This document shows positions 54,844 through 64,000 of a DNA stretch of 64,000 bases, piece by piece. The stretch lies in assembly GCF_009914755.1 (NCBI RefSeq), contig NC_060932.1; one strand, written 5' to 3'. Numbering within the stretch: the first letter of the stretch is position 1; each line of letters opens with the position of its first letter. Position numbers and translations under genes: made by a program. This stretch comes from the human T2T-CHM13v2.0 reference genome, Homo sapiens. The notes under the pieces were generated by a model, which saw only the letters and a program-made list of their open reading frames with translations, did no database searches and was not told where the DNA came from.

Positions 54844-55064
54844 CAGGGCCAGTAAACTACAGCCTCTGGACCACATCTGGCCTGCTGTTTTTGATAGTTT
54901 GTTAGATCACGGTCACACTCATAGAGTTTTGTATTGACAATGGCTGCTTTCATGCTACAACATAATTACAATGTAATTACAATGTAATGATGACAGCCTG
55001 TATACCTGCAAAGGTTAAAATATTTGCTACTTGTCCCTTTGTAGAAAAAATGTTTGCTGACCCT
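54844..55064 (+). mobile_element. MER58A hAT-Charlie DNA transposon
   Basis: cagggccagtaaactacagcc...tggctgctttcatgctacaa...aaaatatt...gtttgctgaccct, with terminal inverted repeats. Confidence 0.8.
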
Positions 55065-55871
55065 TAACCTAGCTTACTACTTTGTGAGGCCAGGGAATAT
55101 CACTGCTTTGTCCACCACTGTATCCCTAGCATCTAGCTTGATGGGTCTTCAAAACTTTGTTTAATAAGAAATTGATAAATTAGGTCAACTCAAATATCCA
55201 AGTGAAAATTTGTAGAGTTGGATAAACAATGGAGAACTTTAAAGTGATCTGAGTGAACAGATAAGTTTTAGAGGCTTTGAAGATTTTGCAGTTTGAATTA
55301 ATTTCTGCCCAAGTGCCATGTTTGTGCAGAGTAAAGGTAAGACTAGTACCTCCTGTCTAACTTAATTCTCCACTGTCCTTTTTTACTGTCTTAGGTGTTG
55401 CTTGCCAAATATTCAAATTTTTCCCATTTGGGGCTGGGCCATGTGGCTAGTTTTAGTGGATGAGTTTAAGTGGAAGTTGAGATATGTCGTTTTCAAGCAG
55501 CACAGTTCTTTGGTAAGACCCTCCAGAGTTCTGTGTTTTAGTCACAGTTACCAAAAATGCTCCCAATAGTGACCGATCTATCAACCTGGGCCCCTGATGC
55601 AGAAATGGGCAGGCAGAATGGAGGTCGCAGCTGAATCTCAATGACATGTAGTATAAGCCACAGATAATATTCCTGCTATATTTATTTGTATGCTAATTTT
55701 TCAAGAAAGCAAATGTCACCTCCCCACCTAAATACAAATCCCTTGACACCATCCAAAACCATGCTTATCACTCACCGAATTCCTCAAAACACCTCTTAAC
55801 TTGATTTGAATGGATCACAGTCCTGATACATTATTTATTCAGTCTTTCAATAAGTCTTTAATGATGCCTAC

Positions 55872-56288
55872 TGTGTGTATGGAAGAGATTGACTAGTTGT
55901 TAATCAAACCTTTTTCCTTTTCCTCCTGGACATACAGTCAGACCACATTTCCCAGTCTCTCCTATAGCTACATGTAATCTTGTGACTGACTTCCAGCCAG
56001 TGAAATGTGGGTAGAGTAATTCTGAATGAGTTCTCTCCTGGCATGTAAAAATATCCTGCCTTGACTCCCACTTTCTTTCTTTCCTTATTTATTGATTGCC
56101 TTGTGATGATAGCAGAGCCTCCATCAGGCTAAGTTTCTGAAGGACTGTGTGGAGTAGAATCTCCAGTCCTTTCACATCCACCTACCATTTGGACTTTACT
56201 TGAATGAGGAATAAAGCTTTTATTGTGGTATGCCATTGAGAGTTAAGGTTTTAACTTTACAGCTGCTAGCATTACCTTAACTAAGAAA
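55872..56288 (+). mobile_element. MLT1I/J-type MaLR LTR inserted into an antisense L2 (~55830-56570)
   Basis: accacatttcccagtctc...tgtgactgacttccagccagtgaaatgtgg...gaataaagcttttattgt...agcattaccttaactaa. Confidence 0.7.
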
Positions 56289-56567
56289 GCAATCTGGGAG
56301 TGAGGGATTACAACTTTTAACATATGGTCAGGAAGTTCTCATTAAGAAGGTGACACTGGAGCAAACTTGTAAGAGCAGAGGGAGAAGCTGTGTAAACATG
56401 TGGAGAAAGAATGGTCTAGGCAGAGGGAACGGTGTGTGCAAAGTCCCTGAGGCAAAAGCACGCCTGGCATGGTCAAGGATGGCAGTCAGCTCAGTGTGAT
56501 TTAAACAAAGGATGGTGGATGAAGTAAATGAGAGCAGAAAGATGTTGCCAGATTTTACAGGGCTTGA

Positions 56568-56937
<370 letters not shown>

Positions 56938-57804
56938 CCATTGTGCTCTTTTTCAAGCCCATGCTGAATCATATGACTGCATCTGAGTATCTTATACTAA
57001 ATGATAAAATAAATGATAGTATAAATGAACTCTCCTTGTTATAATATTATGGGCACACTTTTAAGCTTCATACTCCATTTTAACTTTCCTTTGCAAGTAT
57101 AGCAAAATTCTGTGCTCATATAGATTCAGAGAAAGGAGTTAATACAACTTAACTATTTCCTATGAATCAGGATATAGGCACAACTAAATCATGACTTTTC
57201 CTACAAGAAGGGAGAAAAACTTAAAATCACTCCATACCTCATACAGACTCATAGGATGTTAGTGATTGCTGTCAGTGCAATGGGAGGTCAATATGAGATT
57301 TTCCAAATATTTCATTCCACTCTGGAATTTGTCTTAACAATTGTCTTTTCAGGTGAGCTTAAGGTGAAAAAAGATAACTGAATGCCTGTTCTTCTATTCC
57401 CTAAATATAATTAAGTCAAGAGGCTTACTGGACACGGCCATTAGTATTAGTTTTCTGTCATCTTAATATCTAAATAGCATAAAATTAAGTAGTTTACTAT
57501 AGTTACAAAATGACCAGTAGTAGAAAAATGAATGAGCAAATGCTGCAAATAGAAAATTTATAAAAGGAGAAAGTAAAATGCCTAGTATGTAACTGAAAAA
57601 TATCTAATTGGCACAGTAATAAAAACTTCAGGGATGTACACCATTTTAAAAAGTATCAATTTGGTAAATTTAAATAAATCATAATGACCCTTTTAGACAA
57701 ACATAGGAAAATTGCTCTCTCGTACAATAGTGGTATAACAATGTAAACTAAAAAAAAGAGAGAACAATTTGGAAATATATACTGAAATTCTTAAAAGTAT
57801 ACAT

Positions 57805-58665
57805 GATTCCTAGCTCTGCCCACTGAGAAGGCCTAGAATTAATACAACTCTAGTGGCAATGAGCACAACTAGTGCCTAGATCTTGGTTAGTCAATACCAT
57901 TCACCAGTCAAAGAAACCAAGGCTCCTTGAAGAAATGGTTTATTTTGGGGCTGAGCAGAAAAAACACAAAGTAAGAAACCTGAAGCACCCCACAGTGCCA
58001 GAAAGTTAGAAAAGAGAAACAAAGAATGTAGGACCCCAAACTGAAAGAGTTGGCCAAAGGCAGAAAACATGAGAAACAAATAAATAAAGACTGTATTGGA
58101 TTGTAAGTCAAAGAATCAATAAATGTTTTGGATCCATACTAATGACCAGTCAAGCAAGTAACCAATCATTTAATGGAGAAGAGGAAATCTCTTACATGAG
58201 AATTCCAAGCAATGTATGCGGTGGACTTAGTGACTTGGTTCCAAAGAATAAAGTATGGAAATAGAAAAATTGTAGCTGTGGAAAAATCTAGCAGACACCA
58301 CTTTAACCAAGTGGTAAAGATGAAGATTACCAGTAATAAGTCGTGATGACATCAGGTGCTCTCTTATATGATGCAATGAGAAGATTACCACAACTCTCTT
58401 CCCTCAAATACTAATAATCCTAGTCTAATAATGACAAAACATCAGATAAACCCCAAATGAGGATGTTCAGCTAAATACCTGATAAGTTCTCTTCAAAAAC
58501 GTCAAGGTCTTGTAACATAAGGAAAGCCTAAGTTGTCACAGACTTTAGGCGACAAAGGAGACATGAGGACTAATGGAATATAGGATCCTGGATTGGATCC
58601 TGGAAGATGGAAGGTCAATGTATGGAAAAACTGGTGAAATCTTCATAAAGTCTATAGTTTAGAAA
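57805..58665 (+). mobile_element. L1MC/L1MD-type 3' UTR fragment
   Basis: gattcctagctctgcccactgagaaggcctag...gtggcaatgagcac...aaggctccttgaagaaatgg...ggatcctggattggatcctgga. Confidence 0.8.
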
Positions 58666-58734
58666 AAAACATTTTGATCAAGCAGTATTACTCCTAGGTA
58701 ATTATCCTGTGGAAACTCTTATGATGTATGATAT

Positions 58735-58921
58735 CAGTTCTCAAACTTTAGCATATAACAGAATCACCTGCAGGGACTGCTATAATCAGATTTCTGGGCT
58801 CCGGTCCCAGAATTGTTATCCAATATATCTGCAGGGAGCAAGGGCCGGAGAATTTGCATTTCTAACCAGTTTTCAGGTGCTGCTGCTCAACTGATCTGGG
58901 AATCTCACTTTGATAAACCCT
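58735..58921 (+). mobile_element. MER5A hAT-Charlie DNA transposon
   Basis: ttctcaaactttagc...cagaatcacctg...gaatttgcatttctaac...cactttgataaacc. Confidence 0.8.
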
Positions 58922-58984
58922 GACATATGTAAACATTTGCTATAAGAATATTTACTGTCATAATTATGTATTGGATTACATAAT

Positions 58985-59301
58985 TTTTCTTCTCTTCTCT
59001 TCTCTTCTTTTCTTTTTTTGAGACAGGGTCTCACTCTATCGCCCAAGCTAGAGTCCAGTGGTACAATCTAGGCTCACTGCAACCTCCGCCTCCTGGGTTC
59101 AAGTGATACTCCTGCCTCAACCTCTCGAGTAGCTGGGATTACAGGCACCTGCTACCACACCCAGCTAATGTTTGTATTTTTGGTAGAGATGGGGTTTTGC
59201 CATATAGCTCAGGCTGGTGTGGAACTCCTGGTCACAAGTAATCTGCCCACCTCAACCTCCCAAAGTGCGGGGATTACAAGCGTGAGCCACCGTGTCCGGC
59301 C
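58985..59301 (-). mobile_element. Alu SINE (S/J type)
   Basis: Full antisense Alu with CT-rich tail, ends gagccaccgtgtccggcc. Confidence 0.93.
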
Positions 59302-60116
59302 ATTTACTATCTTTTTCTTATTAATGTTTTCAAACATTTAAAAATATTTTCAAATGCTTCTATAATATTTGTACTGCTTTTGCAGTAAGATAAAAATATT
59401 AGTTTAAGTTAAAAAGGCAACCCTTTCTGACATGATGTTCTTAATATTTAGATGAGATTTTTGTGTTTCCGAAGGATGGCTGATGCACAGGGAATTCTTT
59501 TAGTGGCTGCTTTTTAAAACTAATGTTCAATTCATTAAAGTGACAAATTAAAAACCCTAGTTTTCCCTTAAGCTTTTAAGTTTAACCTAAAAATAACATT
59601 ATCACAGTTATAAGTCTACTGATACTTAACAGTCATTTCCAAGATAACTAATTAATATTTTGACACTCTTCTGAATATTCTGTCCCATTTACAAACATAG
59701 CTAAACTGCCTTAAAATAATTTAAACTTCATTTATAAATTTAATATAATAGATTCTATTACTATATATTTTAAATATCTGTTCAACAAGCAAAACTTTCC
59801 CAGATCCTTTGACATTGCAAGTTAATGTATTAAATTATACTTTAAAAACATAATATAATCTCAAGTTCTTTAAAATAGCCTAACATTATTTATAAACAGT
59901 CAAAATCTCATACATTTCAACTTAAAATTCCAAGTCTAAACTGAATGACTCAACTACATGTTTTATGTTTCCTCATAAAGCTAATCTTTTAGAATTTTAA
60001 AATGCCAAATTCTTTTAAATGTGACAATCATTTGAAATGCTGGAAACCCAGATTATTCCTAAACCTAACATAAATGATCAGTTCGATGGCTCTGATTTAG
60101 TTTTTTGTATATGTGC

Positions 60117-60300
60117 TGTTGTGGGCTGTCTTGTATGTCCAGCCTCAACCCTCAAATTCATATGTTGACATCCAAACCCTCACTATCTCAGTATATGACC
60201 TTATCTGGAGATGAGGTCTTTACAGACCTTAAGATTAAGTTAAAATGAGGGAACAGAGAGTGATACCATAAGAAGGTGGGAAGAATGCACTTTGAAGACC
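60117..60300 (+). mobile_element. MLT1B/C-like LTR 5' fragment
   Basis: tgttgtgggctg...aaattcatatgttga...tgaccttatctggagatgaggtctttacaga...aagttaaaatgagg. Confidence 0.75.
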
Positions 60301-60769
60301 ATGTTGGCCATTTCACAAGTTGGGGAGAGCAGGTGAGCTGAGAGCTGATAACTGAAAGGAAGTCAGTATGAAGCAGCAAAAAGAACTTAGCTCCTCATTG
60401 GGAGGAGTAAAATGTGTTAATAGACAAACACCCTAGTGAAGTTAATGTATTCATCCATTCCACATGTAAAACACACTCATTTGGAATAAGTGACATTATC
60501 TAGCAGAGTCCACTGTTAGCATATTCATAATCCCTGAGTAACTGAGAAAGACAGTTTCTCTGAGCCCCTGTATTGGTTTCTTTTTCTTCTTTGTTTTGCT
60601 TCCCCACTCCCCTAAAGATCCTGCCTGGAATTGCCTCTCAAACTACATGCACTCAAGTCCTTGGTTTGATATTCCAATCTATGACAGTAATGCACATTTA
60701 TAAAATTGTATCTGGAGAGAGAAAGCTAATCTGGATATTTTGGGGGATGGTGGTAAGGGAGCAATCTCC

Positions 60770-60990
60770 TATTGTTGTAGTATAAAAAAACAGTGAATTT
60801 GGAGTCGGAAAACTTGTATTGGAATCTTAATTCTATCATGTATTAGATCAGTGCACTTGGGAAATGGACCTCTTTGAATCCCCAAATCCTAGTTTATAAA
60901 ATGAAGGTAATAAATGATTATCAAATGAGGTAATCTATGCCAAAGTGTCAAGCACATAGTAGGTACTCAGGAAATAGGAATTTCCTTTCT
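60770..60990 (+). mobile_element. MIR SINE
   Basis: tttggagtcggaaaacttg...cttgggaaatggacctctttg...tataaaatgaaggtaataa...gcacatagtaggtactcag. Confidence 0.65.
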
Positions 60991-62516
60991 TATTGTTTAT
61001 ATATTTGTGTTATTGATACATAGTTGAAAAGATAATGTGATGTTGTAGAGAGAAAAGGTTCTATATCAAACAAACTTACTTTTAACTTCAGTCCTGGCTT
61101 CAGACCATGATCCTGGGTCCAGTATTCAATAGAAGAAATAGTAGCTTTCCCCTCTTCCAGAACTAAGATTATTAAAGGCCTTTGTATTAAAGAGATAGAG
61201 AGATTTTACTCTAACAGATGTCCAAATGTGTATGATGTAATCTGAATTGTAATGTGGAATTAAAATATTGCATACCATGATCCCATCCATCAATTCAAAC
61301 ACCCCTCTTCAATTTGATGTTAAAAGCTTTATTACTTTATGATTGTGGAAAATTTGTAGACAATGTATTAGAACAAAAATCCATTGCAATGTGTTAGCAC
61401 AAATCTGAATTTTAGGCTCAATAGGCCAGTCTTTTGATAGATTTATCAAGTGACTTGTATCTGAATGGTTAATCAGGTGTATTGATAATGCTGGACAACT
61501 CAGAGCCATATTGTATATGCAATATTCACACACATATACACACACACTAGGGTATTTATTTAACATGTATATGATTGTTAGTTTATGTCAGTCACTTTAG
61601 TTCCAAGAATCAAAGAACTTGGCCCTATTAGCCAGAACTTAATTGTCTTGGTCACTTATCCCTGCTGAAGACAGAATGATTATTAATCCTGAATTTTATA
61701 AGGGTCCATTCACTGATATTGGCAATGTGTTCCTAATTTTAAAAATCATTGATTTTACTCTATTCAAGCAAATGTTAATTTGGATGTAGAACTTGAAGGC
61801 TTAACTTTGTCACACTGATCATTGGGCTTTGCAGGGATTAAAAACTAAATGTGAAAATTCTCTCAGTGAAGTTGTGTTGAATTCAATTTTGAGCTATTAC
61901 CTGTACATGGAAAACATGAATAATGAAATAATAGTAGGTATTTTAAAAAGAACACATATTTTATGGCATTATCCTAAATACTTTATGCACAACATACCAA
62001 TATATTCTCATAACCTGCATATAGAGTAAGGCCATCCCATTTTCAGTGAGAAAACAGAGGTTACGGGAAGAGAAATTATTATCCATGGCCTTGTGCTAAT
62101 AGATGTTAGAATGGGGCTTTGGAACAGATACCATTGACTTCAAAATTTTTGTACTCACTAGTACCCTATAATGATTCATGATCAAACAAAATTTTACCTA
62201 AAATTCCAAGAGTCTCACAACAGCCTTCCAATCTTGTGCCTGGGCCCAAGGACTCTGGGCCAAGAATCTTTTTACTAGTTGCTGCCACTCATGCATGCCC
62301 CAGCTTCTCGGCTTCTCCAGAGTTTAATCCCTTCATTAAAAACCACCATTGTTCTCTTTTGTTGACAAATTTGAGATGTCCTTTTTGATTTTGACATGAA
62401 GGGACCCTGGATAAGGCCTCATCTCCTTTCTAGCTCCATTCCCTTATGGGCTTTGTCTCCACTTCAGAACTACATGACTTCCAATTCAGTCAAACAGAGC
62501 TTCTTGCTATTCTCCC

Positions 62517-63315
<799 letters not shown>

Positions 63316-63329
63316 CCTCCTGGTACACC

Positions 63330-63675
63330 AAACAGTTCTGTGTTTTCAGCCCCAGAGGATGCTCTTTTAGGCTGTTCTTTCCCTACTACTTTAGAGTGAA
63401 TTTCTAGTCAACATTTAAGGCTGTCCCCAAAGTAAATGTTTTTGCGAAGACATCTCTAACTCTTGCAGGTTGTTGGTTACCATTTCCAAACCTGAAGGAT
63501 GCTCTTCTTGATCTGATAGCCCTCCTTACATGTGAGGGTATAAGTTGTCATTTCTTTTGAAACAGTAAGCCCTTCAAGGGCGGTATCCATGTCTTTTTCA
63601 CTTCTGTCTCTTTAGTGCTATCACGGTGTCTGGCACACAGTGAGTGACCAGTAAAAGTTGTGGAGTGAGTAAAGC
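63330..63675 (+). mobile_element. L2 3' end relic
   Basis: gtaagcccttcaagggc...gtgtctggcacacagtgag...gttgtggagtgagt L2 tail. Confidence 0.6.
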
Positions 63676-64000
63676 AAACATTCTCCTTACTATATTAGGG
63701 TCCTTCTAACTTTCTGGTAAAGGACAAGTAAGGGGTGGTCTTCTTGAGACTATTAATCTTACAAAATATGAGACTTCATGTTTAAGGATATGGGTATTGA
63801 AAACTTTTGCTTTGCTAAATAAAATAAAAGAGCTAAGATGATATTTCTGGTGAAATTGTCTGATGGCATTTCTCATGTCCAATGTCTAAAATTTGCCAAG
63901 CTTCAGCTTCATGCAGTCTCTCCCACTTCCTGGCTGGTGTTTAGCCATTCCAGAGGTCGACCAGATGCTTGCACAGCTGTCTTGTGTGCTCTTGACACTT

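Overview
Primate (human/ape-like) genomic DNA, AT-rich and repeat-dense; it reads as intergenic or intronic. I recognise no intact protein-coding gene, tRNA, rRNA, CpG island or CRISPR array. A large share of the window is transposon-derived: 15 Alu/FLAM copies (J, S and Y types), a near-full-length L1PA13-16-like element (21405-28125), a ~5.4 kb old L1MB on the minus strand, and many L1 3' fragments. Solo LTRs of three ERV classes carry class-typical TSDs (MER4D/E 4 bp, MSTB and THE1 5 bp, MER11 6 bp). MER5A and MER58A DNA transposons and ancient CR1/L3, L2 and MIR relics are also present. The recognisable ORF-track entries are L1 or Alu artefacts and most of the rest look like chance ORFs. 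The most intriguing non-repeat signal is a possible decayed multi-exon gene on the minus strand around 40.3-41.7 kb, with a phase-compatible candidate upstream exon at 51514-51578; I cannot assign it to a family. Also noted: a perfect 46-bp tandem duplication, a four-layer nested transposon stack and several transcription-factor motif clusters. Subfamily names come from recalled consensus sequences, not a database run.
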